Origin: Psammoneis japonica
Lineage: Eukaryota
Length of the DNA: 64,000 nt
NCBI GenBank assembly: GCA_008632985.1
Contig: QPGO01000013.1
Span: 372,001-436,000, forward strand
Direction: 5' to 3'
Part shown: piece by piece, positions 22,735 through 35,099 of the stretch
Position numbering within the stretch: position 1 is the first letter of the stretch
How the letters are laid out: each line of letters opens with the position of its first letter
Made by a program: the position numbers and the translations under genes
Notes under the pieces: model-generated
What the model saw: the letters and a program-made list of their open reading frames with translations, nothing else
Database searches by the model: none
What the model was told of the DNA's origin: nothing

Positions 22735-25182
22735 TGTAGGTTGAAAATTAAAAAGCTGTTGTTGGTAGGTTGATAGAGTTGCGAAGAGAGGAGAGGCTCC
22801 CAGACGCGTAAACGATGCCTTTTTCCTTCTTATTTGGAGCGGATTCACGCCACTGACGTCGGGATAAACCCTTCAGCGAACAATGTGATCCTGCGATGAT
22901 CAGAAGAAGCATAAAAGGAGAACAATCGTTTCCATGAGCGCAAATAGTCAAAACAAGGGGTGCTGAAGTGAAGTCCAAGCCGCTGAACACGATCGCACAT
23001 AACGGCTAACGAGATACCGTTACAGAACCATTATCAAAGATGCATCACCAACGGGCTAAAAATTTCGACTTCAACCGAGTGTCAGAAAAAGACTACGAAA
23101 TAACCGTCGTGACGTCACGAATAAGAACCCTGACGTGATGAAGGCAGCTGTTCTCCGTCAAAAAACACGGCTGGTACTTTTCTACGTGTTTCTACGCCAG
23201 ACGTTCTCTTTGCCAACACAGGGAGGGAAACTCCTTCGCGTCGTCGCAATGCCACCCGCACCTCGACGGCACCGCACATGGCCACAACTCCCCAAGAGAA
23301 AGTGAAACTCACCAAATGTTGTATTGACGGCGTTTACTGATTCATAATATGCAAGAGTTTAGTGATGTTCTATTCGTTTCGCTGTTTCCCGTTGTTTTAG
23401 TCGTTGTCGGCCTTTCAAGAGGCAACAAAATGAGTGATCGTGGAGTGAGCGTGGCGCTTTTTCCAGACGAGCTCGAAATTGGGTCGTGCGCGTACAACTC
23501 TCGTTCATCCCAGTACACGAGCTACGAAAGCCCTCGCAATTGTGACCGGCCCTTTGATGTTGTAGATTGCTACGTGTCTTAGTATGGTAGAAGATGTGTA
23601 GCTTTTGTACCTAAGTTTTACTTATCGTATGCATTCTTGGGGCAATTTGATTTGATTCGGATTCTCTTATTATTGTATTCACAATTTAAAATACTTTTCA
23701 TAGAACATTCATCGGAGTAGCAACTATGTAGAATCTGGTACGACTCTACGTATTCCCATTTCGAGATTTATGCCGTTTTCCGTTCATTCACTCTCGATAG
23801 TATTCATGAATGAATGTTTGATTATTTATTCTCTCGACCGATTTCAGATTGACTTCGCCGCCACAAAACACAAAAAAAAAAAACGAGACGAGAGCAGTCA
23901 GAGCCGAGCAGCGGACGACATACAATGCGTGAAGTTCCAACAAGTTGGTCTCTTCAGAGCATCAATTATGGAAATAAAACATACATGTAGAAAGAAGGAG
24001 ATAGAATGGGGCGGAAATTGTTATGTTGGAAGAGGAGGAGAAAACAACGCCAACAAAACAGCGACGAAGCGGTGAATGCTTTGCGGTGAAGATTTTTCCG
24101 AGAGTGCAATCACGTCCGCTTTATCCACCAATCTATCAGTATTGATAACAAGGAGTGCTTTGTTTCAGTGGACCTGTTGCCTCATACAAGCGCCAACGAG
24201 ATGAAACGGCATGATGAGAGAGCTTGCGGCTCCGGACCGCCTGTTGCAACCAATTCCTCTGCGACAGGGCTCGCATCTCGAAACTAGGATTCTATGGGCA
24301 GTCATCGAAAAATATCGGATTCTTCGGAAGATTATGATACAAAGCTTCGCTACTACAAGTTGAGCAGTGAGCAATGCATGATCCTCAGGCCAGCGACGAC
24401 TTGATGCAGTTTCAGGAGTCAGAGTCAGACTTTGATAATCCAAAAACAGATATTCTTCGAGTTTGCAAAAGCAGTTTGACAATGTCATATTTTTGAAGAC
24501 AAAGGTGGAAAAGGCGAACCGTTACGACTCGAAACGACAAAGTCTGGACAACGGCATTGGTGGACACACAACCGCAGAAACATCGAAGGCTCGTATTTTG
24601 TCTTCCCATTCGGATGCGTACTCATCATGCCCTGGAAAAAGATAGAAGATAGAAGACTGATTGGATGCCCTTTTACTAAACGGAAACTCAAGCCATGACT
24701 TTAGTTACGTAAGCATTGCTAGCAGCATCAAAAGGTGAGTTGAAATTACCTAAAACTGTGTTCATGCATATCAGCACGGGAAAGCAAGAATACGGTTATC
24801 TGATGGCGGAACACTTGTCGTCTAGTGCTTCATAGTACAGTAACAACTTAGGATGGTTCCATACCTGCAATTATGGACGAGGCGATGGTTGCCACCTTGG
24901 CTCTCGCATTTGCGTTCATCTCGATCTGTACTTGTAGTCTAGCCTATTCTACCACACTAGCTACACGTTACGCTAGTCACTATTTTTGATGGGCCCATCA
25001 CAAAGACAGTTTCACAAGCTTCGTATTCTTTCCCCAGACTAGTGAGAACCGTCGGTCAGTAATGTTGGTTCCATACGGAAGACCGTAGCTACAGTACGAC
25101 ATATAGACAAATGCCATAAAAGTAACTACTACAATAGTTTGTCCGTAGTGTGTTTGTGAAACGAATCATCAAGCAACTGCTT

Positions 25183-26082
25183 TCACACTCCTGGAACAAA
25201 TCTGTCAGGTCGCTTCCTTTTCCTACCGGCATATTTGTAACCAAAGAGATCCGGCTTTTCACAAAGCAAGGAGTAACAAATGCCAACTCTGGACAAATCG
25301 GTACTCCTCTCTCCGACCTTGGCCAACACATGGGCCCAGAATGCCGGATGAATGTCATCACATGCCAAAAGTTGTCGCCCATGAGCTTCCATCAAGACAG
25401 AGGTCACGGCTTGATGACCCAGCATGATCGCAATATCCAATGGCTTGTTTCCGAGCTCCGTTTTTGAACTCAAATCAGCTCCATAGTCGAAAAGCAGCTT
25501 TGCCAAGTTCTCGTCATTCCCTACTAGGTGCAATGCTGATAAAGAGTCATTGTTGGTCTCGTTAACACCAGCTCCGTTCTCCAATAATATTTGTGTCGTG
25601 TCTAGGTGTCCTCGAAGTGTAGCAGAATGAAGCGGTAAATTGCCTCCATCCTCTGACTTTATATTTACCTCAGCACCATTTTGTAACAAGAACAGACACG
25701 TTTCGTCATCTCCTTCCCAAGCGGCTAAATGTAAAGGCGCAAAACCAGCGTAGTTTTTCCCATCAACGTCAGCTCCATTCGACAAGAGAATTCGTGCTAC
25801 AGAATAATGAGAGCGTTTGCACGCAAAGTCGAAGAGGGCGAAACCTTCAATTCTGTCTGTCACTCTTGCTCCTGCATCTATCAACAGCTGTGCTTTGAGC
25901 TCTCGGTCGGTTATGGTAGTACAAAAAATGATGTAAACGAGTGGTGTCACAACTCCATCACTTTCTCCTGGGGCAGTGACGGTCACCTCAGCATTTGGGT
26001 TCGCTCCCAGACGAAGAACCCCGCGAACATCTTGTGTAGTGCCATGTCCAATAGCCCCGAGAAGTTCGATATTCAAATCCAT
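25183..26082 (-). CDS. Ankyrin-repeat protein, 299 aa
   Basis: Ankyrin repeats GFAPLHLAAWEG, GNLPLHSATLRGH, GNKPLDIAIMLGH; basic C-terminal RKRKRP; ATG at 26082 chosen as the likely start. Confidence 0.9.
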   Translation of the reverse strand: MDLNIELLGAIGHGTTQDVRGVLRLGANPNAEVTVTAPGESDGVVTPLVYIIFCTTITDRELKAQLLIDAGARVTDRIEGFALFDFACKRSHYSVARILLSNGADVDGKNYAGFAPLHLAAWEGDDETCLFLLQNGAEVNIKSEDGGNLPLHSATLRGHLDTTQILLENGAGVNETNNDSLSALHLVGNDENLAKLLFDYGADLSSKTELGNKPLDIAIMLGHQAVTSVLMEAHGRQLLACDDIHPAFWAHVLAKVGERSTDLSRVGICYSLLCEKPDLFGYKYAGRKRKRPDRFVPGV

Positions 26083-26811
26083 CTTTCTCCAATAAGGTAC
26101 CACACAGTATTTGTGACGCGCGATGCTGCGGAACCGGAGCTGTGGAGGTCGAACGGATTTGTTGGTGTTTATTTTTTGAAACTGCGATCCGCGATGTTGT
26201 GAGACGAGGCTGTGCTGCGTTTGCTGTTGCTGCAACAGTGTTGACACCGAGATACGTTGTCTCCAAGAATGCCTCTTTTTATTGTTGAGTCAAGTAGGAT
26301 GCTCTTGGCTCTTGGGGAAGTTCAAAGTGTTGCAACGCCGCACAACGCACAACTTCTGACTTCTGACCTCCCGACTCCCAAGTCCCAATAAGCGGGGAGG
26401 AGCCGCACCCTCACTAAATACCATAGGTGCTTGCGCTTCTCTTCTCGCAGGTTCGAAGTAAGTACGGTAAGTAAGAGATTTTTTGTTCTTGGCTGATTTG
26501 GAGAGGTGGCCCTCTCTTTCCTACTTTATCTCAAAAACAAGGTCGAAGTTATAAAGTTTACCGTCATTACATACAGCTACTCTATCTCTCGATTTAGTTA
26601 CCGAGTTTCCATTCGTACCGGTGCACGAATTTGTGCGGGATTCAAGTGCGACAGCAAAACGCCACCAATCCACGAATCATTCACAAAATCGCTCGTTTCC
26701 CCTTTCCCCTCACATGAACATTGCCGATGCGGTTGTTTCGACCGGGAATGTTTCTCACCTGCAAATGGTCACAACTCGGTATTTACCAGTGATGCAAAAT
26801 ATATATCTGAT

Positions 26812-28164
26812 ATGATTGGAAAATGTGGAGAACCGACAAGAGTCCCGCTCCTACAGACGTTATGGATGTTTCTTGGCCTCGCGGTTCTAATCGAAGCAAT
26901 GACGCTGTGTACCGATTTTGAGATTTTTGGGCTCTTTTCTCCCGAAAACAAGGTAAAGCGCCCAGCGCTAAGAAATCATATCGTTAATACTGTACAAATG
27001 GCATCACGACCCAACACGGTTTTCTTGGAACAATCAAGCGACGGCTCCGCGTTTGTGGCACGCCAAGGACGTAGCGTGGAACCGATTTGGGCAGGCGACA
27101 ACTGGGAAGAGAACCACAAATACCCAGATCCAACTGCTGGTGTCTTTCGAAATTCATTTCCCATAGATGGCGAAGGCAAGAAGGAAGATTGCATACCAGC
27201 AGCCGACTGGCAAACAAAATTTTACACAACGTGCAATTCGTTCCACGAACTTGACTTTCGACCCATTCATGAGGCTAACGAGAAGCCGTTCAATGAGAGT
27301 GGCGTCGAATTGGGAGGTTTTGCTACCGATATGCTAGGTATTGGGACATCCATCTTTGCTTGGCAGGTTGCAAATGGAGGCGATCCAGTTGTGCTCAAGA
27401 CTCTAAAAATGGAATGCCCGCCGGGTTGCGAGTTTTCACACAAGAATTACGGCAAACAACGAGTGGACGCTATTGCATCCGAGCGGTTGACATCTTCGCC
27501 CTACGTATTGGACGTTTATGGGTTCTGTGGCATGTCAGTAATGAACGAGTTGGGAAAAATGTACGACAAATCGCAAGAGTTGAGTGTTATGGATAAGCTG
27601 CGTTACTCGCGTGACATTGCAGCTGGTATGGCGGATATGCATGGGCTTGATGGAGGCGTTCCCCACCCCATGCTGACTCACGGTGATTTCAAACAAGGGA
27701 ACGTCATTTTCTCTTACGATGGAAGTACTCTCAAACTCAGCGACTTCAACAAAGGACATTTGCTAGAAACCAACAAGAAGACGGGAGAAGCCTGCGGTTA
27801 CTTCAAACCTCCATCGAAATTTGGCCTCGATATCCTTGCACCCGAAGAGGTCTACGGAACAGTTCGGTCACACATGACTGATGCGTACCATCTAGGTGGA
27901 ATGATCTTTTTCCTTCTAACCAACCATAAAACATATTACCTGGACGGCAAAGATGTTGTAGCGAGAAGAAAGGAAAAACTCGACGAGACTGGAGAGTGGA
28001 TGTTCCCGACCTTTCCTGAAGACATGAGAAACACCAAAGATCCAGCAATTATCACAATGAAAAAAGCGGTTAGAAGCACGTTTCGACTACGCCCTGAAGA
28101 TCGTGCCTCGGCCAAGGAAGTTTTTCTGATGCTCAACTCAACGTTAACAAAACTAGAGAGTTGA
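26812..28164 (+). CDS. Protein kinase-like protein with N-terminal membrane anchor (PKDCC/VLK-like architecture), 450 aa
   Basis: Kinase motifs VVLK, HGDFKQGN, LSDFN, APEE and DAYHLG; hydrophobic segment LWMFLGLAVLIEAMTL; upstream DCIPAADWQ...TCNSFHE block. Confidence 0.88.
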   Translation: MIGKCGEPTRVPLLQTLWMFLGLAVLIEAMTLCTDFEIFGLFSPENKVKRPALRNHIVNTVQMASRPNTVFLEQSSDGSAFVARQGRSVEPIWAGDNWEENHKYPDPTAGVFRNSFPIDGEGKKEDCIPAADWQTKFYTTCNSFHELDFRPIHEANEKPFNESGVELGGFATDMLGIGTSIFAWQVANGGDPVVLKTLKMECPPGCEFSHKNYGKQRVDAIASERLTSSPYVLDVYGFCGMSVMNELGKMYDKSQELSVMDKLRYSRDIAAGMADMHGLDGGVPHPMLTHGDFKQGNVIFSYDGSTLKLSDFNKGHLLETNKKTGEACGYFKPPSKFGLDILAPEEVYGTVRSHMTDAYHLGGMIFFLLTNHKTYYLDGKDVVARRKEKLDETGEWMFPTFPEDMRNTKDPAIITMKKAVRSTFRLRPEDRASAKEVFLMLNSTLTKLES

Positions 28165-28781
28165 CAAGCGTAAGTAACCAGTTTCAGAATCGGATTCCAA
28201 TCAGTACTTTACTTGATGAGATAGTTTAAAAAATAGATGTCTACGCAACATGATGCAACAATGCCCAACACCTACTCTAGTAGTAGCTAGCTCTAGAGTA
28301 GCTAGTAGAGTCTAACTTCCAGCAAGTTGGGTAATCCGTGCTGTGACAAGGGACGAAAACAGATCTTTTGCAGAATATCTTTGTGACGCAATTTCCGGGT
28401 GCTTTTGATGTCACTCGGCAATTCACTATCAAAATGACTATTTCAACTATGGATAGCATGAAAACGACACACATAAACGGTTTTACAGTTTACATGATAC
28501 TAATTCAGGTGCTTTTTTGATTTTGATACAACGGTTATTTTGTATCGGCGTTAGACTGGGTCAATCCACAGTGCAGTTAAATTTTATCAGGTAATGAGGT
28601 GATGATTACGCACATCTTTCGTAACACTTTCCGAACGGTCAAGGACGCATCAACGTGTCGGCATCGCCATCACGCTCACTTCTTTTCGCCTATCACATCC
28701 ATCAGTTGGAAGACCGATCACAGAGATTTGCAAGTAAAAGAGACGCCTGTTAAGATCCACAAGTTACCATATAGATCAACA

Positions 28782-29699
28782 ATGAAAATTTTAAGAGAGC
28801 TTTTGATGCTCTGTGTCCTTCAGGGATTCGGAATGGGTACCGCTTTTGTCATCAACCCGTCAAAGGCAGCTTCGCCCGTTGTACTGAGGTCTGCAGAAGA
28901 TGAATTTATTCCAATGTTTCCCTTGGATACACCCTTACATAGAATTGAGGGAGGGGAAACGCTTCGAACGTACAAGCTACCACCACATGCTGAACGAGTT
29001 CAGTATGTCTTCAGGACCAACGGCCGTCCGCTGAAAGCAAAGATCGCACTCTGGCTTGGTCCTCTCCGACAAACCCACGGAATGGAAATCGACTCTCAAG
29101 ACGGAAGCTTGACTCCGTATCAAGCGACCCTCAAGTTTAAGCCAAACTGCGAGCCTACCCTAAAGGTCAGTTCTGCTTCCACTGGGGAGTTTCCCTTGGA
29201 AGCCGGCGTAGTGGTCCCTTCCGTGGAGCGATCCAAGGAGCTTGGAAAAATCTCTCAAGCAGTCTGGGATCGGAGCATAAAGACACGTCTTCAGGGTGGA
29301 GCCATTGAAGGAGGCGGCGGCGCGGTCCGCATCTTTTTGGTCCCTGCTCATGTCGACAGTGTCCAAATCATGTTTTGGTCCAAAGACGTTGGCAGAAAGT
29401 CTTTGAAAGCAAGAATCGAGGTGCTTCAGGGACCGAACAACTTCAAGCAGGCATACGACCTTCAATGCGGAGGAGGAAGTCAGCCGTATCACGGTGTTTT
29501 CCAGACTCCAGGAGAAGGATGCTCGATTCGGATTTACAACAAGAAGTTTCTCGAAGATGGTCTTTTCGAGATGGTAGTTGTGCCCTATGAGATTGACGGC
29601 GAAATTCAGCTAGATTCGGAATCCATTGTCCCTGTTGGCTACAATTATAATGCACAAGGAATGGTTGGTGTTGTTTCAAAGCGCGACTGGTGGGAGTAA
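28782..29699 (+). CDS. Conserved algal protein of unknown function with two internal repeats; signal peptide, possibly plastid-targeted
   Basis: MKILRELLMLCVLQGFGMGTA|FVINP resembles a bipartite ASAFAP-type presequence. Repeated modules: IEGG...VQYVFRTNGRPLKAKIALWLGP and LQGG...VQIMFWSKDVGRKSLKARIEVLQGP. Confidence 0.85.
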   Translation: MKILRELLMLCVLQGFGMGTAFVINPSKAASPVVLRSAEDEFIPMFPLDTPLHRIEGGETLRTYKLPPHAERVQYVFRTNGRPLKAKIALWLGPLRQTHGMEIDSQDGSLTPYQATLKFKPNCEPTLKVSSASTGEFPLEAGVVVPSVERSKELGKISQAVWDRSIKTRLQGGAIEGGGGAVRIFLVPAHVDSVQIMFWSKDVGRKSLKARIEVLQGPNNFKQAYDLQCGGGSQPYHGVFQTPGEGCSIRIYNKKFLEDGLFEMVVVPYEIDGEIQLDSESIVPVGYNYNAQGMVGVVSKRDWWE

Positions 29700-30241
29700 G
29701 AAGCTGCCTTGTTTGATCAATCGCGACTCGCCTCAAAGTCGCCAGGCAACCTTACAGTAAACCGAAACAAGAACTCCTTCAATTCATACTACAGTGTTAT
29801 TACATCTATGGAAGCTATCTTTAATTTACAGTGGTCTTCAATCCTTTTGTTTGTCGTTGGGCTCATAAAACGGTTTAACACTTGGCCTCGTTTCTATCTT
29901 AGCCCTCAGCGTAGGAACTACCACTCTCTTAATCGGATCATAAACATGAGGACGAAAGGCTTACAGTACCTAGAGTACCTCGTTGATGGGTTCGGAATCC
30001 TTTTTTTTGGCGATTGATTCTCTTCGCGCGCACGAACATGCCATTCATCTTGCTTCTGGCCGTCGATGCGAACTTCCAAACGGCCCAGATCTTGCCCAAA
30101 TTTTCAAATCGCGAGACGATACGAGGTGGCATGTTCTCTCTCGGCTGTCGGCTGTCGAGGCTTTGGCTGGACACAAAGACAACTCTTGCCGCGCACTGAC
30201 AAAGCAAACCCCGCATCATACGGTAGCAACGCGATATCACC

Positions 30242-31071
30242 ATGCCTAAGTTGTAAGTCCGTCACTATGACCCTCGTTTGCACCTTCGTGATGGTTTCTG
30301 CCGATGTTGGTTGATTGAAGCCTCGAATTTCGTGTTTCTGTACTTTTTCTGCACCTAACGTTCATTCTCTCTCTCTTTCACTACAGTGCCACTCGTATTT
30401 GCTGCTTTGGGCCGCCCTTTATTTCGTGCGCTGCCTTTATCCTGTCCATCTTTGCCAACGCTCGGTGCTACCTGGTGAACCTTGACAGCGACAATGCGCT
30501 GAGGCAATTTTTCCCCGAGCCACAGGCTGTGGGCTTGTGGTGTTATGAGGCGAGAAACGGAAACAATTACAAAATCAACGACAGCCTCAACTTTGATTCC
30601 AAGTTTGATGCCGCCAGAGGACTTGGTACAGCCACCTTGTCTCTCGGCTTGGTGGTTTGGGTCTACTTTCTCTTTGTACCCTGCGTCCGTCCCTTGGGCC
30701 AGCCCTGCGTGATTGCCTTTATCGCATTTCTCTGCTTTTGTACTTGTCTCTTTCAGGTATGTGATTATGAAGTACTGTTTGATGTATTTGCGTAAACTTA
30801 TTCGTGCTACTTTGCACTTAAGGATCACTCATGTTTCTTTTCTCTGACTCTACAGGGACTCGTCTTTCTCATCTTCAAGTCTGATGCCGTCTGTGCCGGA
30901 GAAAATCGTGGCTGCTCCCTTGGTACCGGGGGAAATTGCGCCATTGCCGCTTGCGTTCTTTGGTTCCTCTCCACCCTTATGACCTATGGCACTGCGCAGG
31001 AAGTAAAGGCAGCGCAACAAGCGGGTGGAGCAAGCGGAGTGGAAGATGCCGAGGACGCTGCGGAAGACTAA
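30242..31071 (+). CDS. Claudin-like four-TM membrane protein; 3 exons (30242-30252, 30387-30756, 30856-31071)
   Basis: GTAAGT...TACAG and GTATGT...TACAG introns give a continuous frame MPKFATRICCFGPPFISCAAFILS...GLWCY...FQ|GLVFLIFKS...CSLGTGG...stop, with four hydrophobic segments. Confidence 0.82.
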
Positions 31072-32189
31072 CTGTTATTCTCGGATATATGATACGGTCT
31101 TGTGTGTCAATTCGCGGACGAGTTCTTGTTGACTTATGGATCGAAAGAGTTCTTTTGGCCTGTGGATTCCTCAATTGTTTGAAGGCATTCATTCGATGTA
31201 GTAACTTGGTCCTAGTGTATGCCGTTGAATTTGTTAGTTTTGGCTTTATGACATTGCTTTTCGTGTTATTTCAGTTCAGCCTTTCAAGTGCTTGTGGCTT
31301 TGATCCTTGCTCCACTAGTGCAACTTGACAAGACCGACAGCGCTTACACAGAACGTGTGTGCAAACAGAAGTTTGACAAGACTAATTGTGGCAAACTCAA
31401 GCTATGTTGTGGACACCGAGTGATCTTAAGAGAACAAGTGTGCTGCACTGTTTGCTCCTGAACTGAGCCAATCGAAGTAATTAGAATCCTTGCTGTGCCT
31501 CACCACACTGGCGTGAGCCGATCTGGTCTCTTTTGTTTTCAATTTTTCTTGAAAATGAGCAGATCTGGCTTTTCAAGCATCAGTGAGTTTGGCAGAGTCG
31601 ATCTAGATGATCGGGTGTTCTGACCTGCTGTGGCCCTCACCAGACTGCAAGACGGATGTCATCACTTGTGAGCAGTTGTTGGACTCCACGGTTCAGCAGC
31701 GCTGCAGTCACAGTGTGAAAACTTCACTCAACAGAAAATCAGTGTCTTTCTGGGCAATTTTTGGAGAAGTTAGAGACCCACTCCATTTTCTCCAACAAGA
31801 GCAGATGCCCCACATTTGTCTGGGTTCATTGGCGCGCAGGTGTGCCATTGTGTGCACATGCTGCATTGTGTCAGAACACACTGCCATGAGCTGACTGTTC
31901 CAAAAATGCATTGAAACAAAAAGAGGAGAAGTCCAACCACCTTCCTTGTAATTTTTCCGTGTGCACTTTGGTGTGATTTTGTGACAAGAAGGAGAACAAG
32001 CAAGCATTTTTGTTCCCACAAGTGCACAGCTGTTGCACGAAAGATGCCCAACACAACATGAAAAAAGAAGTGTGTCTCTGTGGGTGCTCCTTGTTGCTTT
32101 GATGGACACATGAGCTCCAGCACTGAACAACAGCTCAAACTGGCAATCATTCTCTCACAGATCTGAAATTGTGTGGAAGTGTTTGGGGG

Positions 32190-32500
32190 CAAATTGTTTT
32201 GCTCTTTTTGAGCTTGTGCAATGGCATTGGAACATCGGGGTGCAATGCAGTTTTTGGAGCACAGACAGACAATGTTGAAGTGAAAGCAACACTGACAACT
32301 GTTGGCGACATGGTGAGTCCACATTTTTGCAACTCACCATGAAGAAGGTGGGTCTCATGCTTGCTTTTTAGCTTCTGCACCAGGGTGGCATGGTGATCAG
32401 CATGGAGCAGTGTTTGCCATCCACATGGCAAGTTTGGGAATTGGGAGCAAGACTGTTGCAGATCAGCTGGCAAGCCATGAAATCCCAACTTGGGAGTCAA
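32190..32500. repeat. Dispersed repeat; a second copy lies at about 46090-46200 plus 46650-46830, split by an insertion
   Basis: Shared blocks aagtgaaagcaa...gacatggtgagtcca and ctcaccatgaag...gtgggtctcatg...ctgcaccagggtg...gcaagactgt...ggcaagccatga. Confidence 0.8.
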
Positions 32501-33392
32501 AAAGGCTGGCTGAGAAGTCACCAAGAATTCAAAAGCAAAATTTGTGTCAGCAGATTGTGGCAAACACAAGCTGGCTGGATGAAGCGAACAAAGAGACAGT
32601 CTCTGGATGGAGGGCCTTGTTGCTGTGAGGAAGCAGCAAGGGTCTTCTAAAAGAGGATGTGAAAAAGTTGTGTCAGACCAGGAGAAACATTGGCATGCTG
32701 GGTGAAGATGCAACTGGTGAGAGTGTGGAAGCATGAAAGATTTGAAGGAGTGGGTGCATGACGCCATTGTCAAGTCAGGTTGACAGGCAGATGGATGTGC
32801 GGAGACCACAAGGAAAATGAGCGAGCATGTTGGAAGAGTCTCCAGGCTGGAGATGCAGGTGCTGGCATCTTTGAGGCAGGAGAGGAAACCAGAGGAGCCG
32901 GAACATCCATTGGGTGCAACCACATTGGAGAGGGACAAGGCAATCTGGGGAGAGCAGTGCAGTCACTGTGTGAAACAGGCAGGATGTGATCTGCAAGACA
33001 CAGAAGGTGAGGGCATTTGGCACAATCATGGGACAGCACATGAGAAGGCCATTTGCCATCACAAAGTCAAAGGAGTGTTGATGGAGTTTGCAAGGGTTGT
33101 CAAGGAGTGGGGCGTGGCAGCAATGTTGGAAATTCTCAAGTCAATCTTGTCAGATGCAAATGAGAGAATCTGCTCACATGTCCAGGCTGTCAAGGCTTGG
33201 AGGCAATTTGCACTCATTCATCAGGATGAGGAGAGGCACTTTAAGATTGTTGCAATTGGCTCACAAACATTGTTGACATGGTGGAAGGGTCCTGTGGCAG
33301 AGTCGTCCCAGCAGCACAAACACTGATGATGCCCTGGAAAGAGAGAAACAAGTTGTTGGCAGTGTTGCTCATGGAAGGCACAAAGGAACATT

Positions 33393-33770
33393 TGCAATGT
33401 GTGTTGTTGTGCACATTTTACATCTGCATGCACATTTTAATGTCATTGCATTTCAATCACACCAATGGTGGGTTCGTGCAAAGGACAGATCTGTCACACA
33501 GAATTGATCGGATGATGTTGAAAATTGCAAATGCAATCACTTGATGATGTTGACATCTCATGTGTCAATGGCAATTGCATCCAAACAATCTGTTGTCACA
33601 ATCAGATTCTTCAAAAGGCCTTTGGTTTGCAGAATCAGCACAGAAGCCTCAGGCCATTGAGAACTTGTTTGGAGAAACCCAAAATGATTGAGAAAAACCC
33701 AATCTCATAATTTTCATTTTTTGCACTTTGAAATGCTTTCATTTGCACACAAAAGCATTCACAGACAGCA
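33393..33770 (+). repeat. Gypsy 5' LTR
   Basis: Starts TGCAAT; aligns with 45075-45482; followed by a TGG PBS-like site at 33773. Confidence 0.85.
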
Positions 33771-33789
33771 GATGGTGCATGCACACCAC

Positions 33790-34700
33790 AGAAGGTGACA
33801 AGACAAAAATGAAGCTTTCACCTCATGTTGCTCACACCAAGTCTTCCTTCAAGCAGGAGAAAATTGTTCCAAAACTGCTGGAATCAATCTCTGAGCCAAA
33901 GACACTCAAACCAAGCCAACACCTCAAGATGGAGCAGTGCTTTCACCCAGAAAAGAAAGATGGCTGCACTTGCACTGTCAATGTTGAAATCACAAGAAGC
34001 AAGGCATTCCCAAGTGCATGGAATTCTTAAAGAACAGTGATCAACACTTGGTGGGTGGTCAGAACATCAAGCAGAAGCAAGCGGATGAGTTCCGTCTCAT
34101 GCGAGTGTTGTTGCAGGGAGACACTGCACATGCATTCAAGAATGGTGCTGCAAATGTTGAAGATGAAGAGAGCAAAGGAGTTTTCAAAAAATGTCAACAG
34201 TGCCTTGCAAGATGTGCCTTCCCAAAGAATGCACTTCACATTCAGAAGCATCATTTGCAGTGCAATCTCAAGAAACCAGCAGAGAGCATGAAGGTCAGGG
34301 AAATCACCGCTTGGGTCCAAGAAGTCAACAAAGACCCCAAGCTCCATCCTCCCTTTGAACAAGATCAGAGCATCAAGGAGGATGAGCTCAAAGATGTCCT
34401 CTGCAACCTTGCACCTTGCAAATGGCGGTGCCAGTTGACCCTTCAAGGTTTCAAAATTTTGAAACACACCTTCAACAATTTTTTCAAGTTTTTAGAGTGT
34501 CTGGAGGTTGCTGAGGATGTCTTTGACTCCATTCATGTCAAGGCTGATGTGCCAGCAACAAACCTGGATCAGAAGCCAAAGGAGAGATGGATCCAATCAT
34601 GGTCCCAAAAATGGTCGCCAATCTGGTGCCAAACAATCTAGTCCAACAAGTGGTGCAATTGTTGCAAAAAACCACTCATGATGTGGACAAGTGCTGGGTC
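33790..34700 (+). pseudogene. Gypsy gag, degraded
   Basis: FRLMRVLLQGDTAHAF...FPKNALHIQKHHLQCNLKKP...MKVRE, located between the LTR and the protease. Confidence 0.75.
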
Positions 34701-35099
34701 TGGGTCATTGAATGACTGGCAAAAGAATGCTGTGGAAATTACAAATGTGATCCAAAATGGCATCATTCAAATGGCAACTGCACATGGCCCCATTGTGACA
34801 ACAAAAATGCCACTCCCAGAGAAGAGTTGAATGCCATGGTTCTTCAGGCAGTTCAAAAAGCACTCAAGACAAGTTCTTCAAACAATGATTCAAAGCACAA
34901 GAGCAAGGAATGTGATTCTGATGCCCTTGGCAAAGAGAATTGTCAGTTTGAAAAAATGATGTGCAGCAATTCTGAAGAATGACTGGTGCAGCTTTAGGAG
35001 TCTTGCATGCCGCTGGACATCAGAAAGCCCAACAAGGGTTCAAAGCAATTCACACTGGTCCAGCAGTCATTGCTTGCATGAATGCCTCTTCAGGCAAAA

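Noticed and set aside
23100..25100. Short ORFs between the FHA and ankyrin genes
   Set aside because: No recognisable domain or convincing exon chain; treated as intergenic, although a small gene cannot be excluded.
26506..26811. N-terminal extensions from GTG/TTG starts in the ORF track (also 11971-12021, 17366-17518, 26083-26247, 28599-28781)
   Set aside because: These are eukaryotic genes; downstream ATGs give sensible N-termini, including a signal peptide and a membrane anchor.
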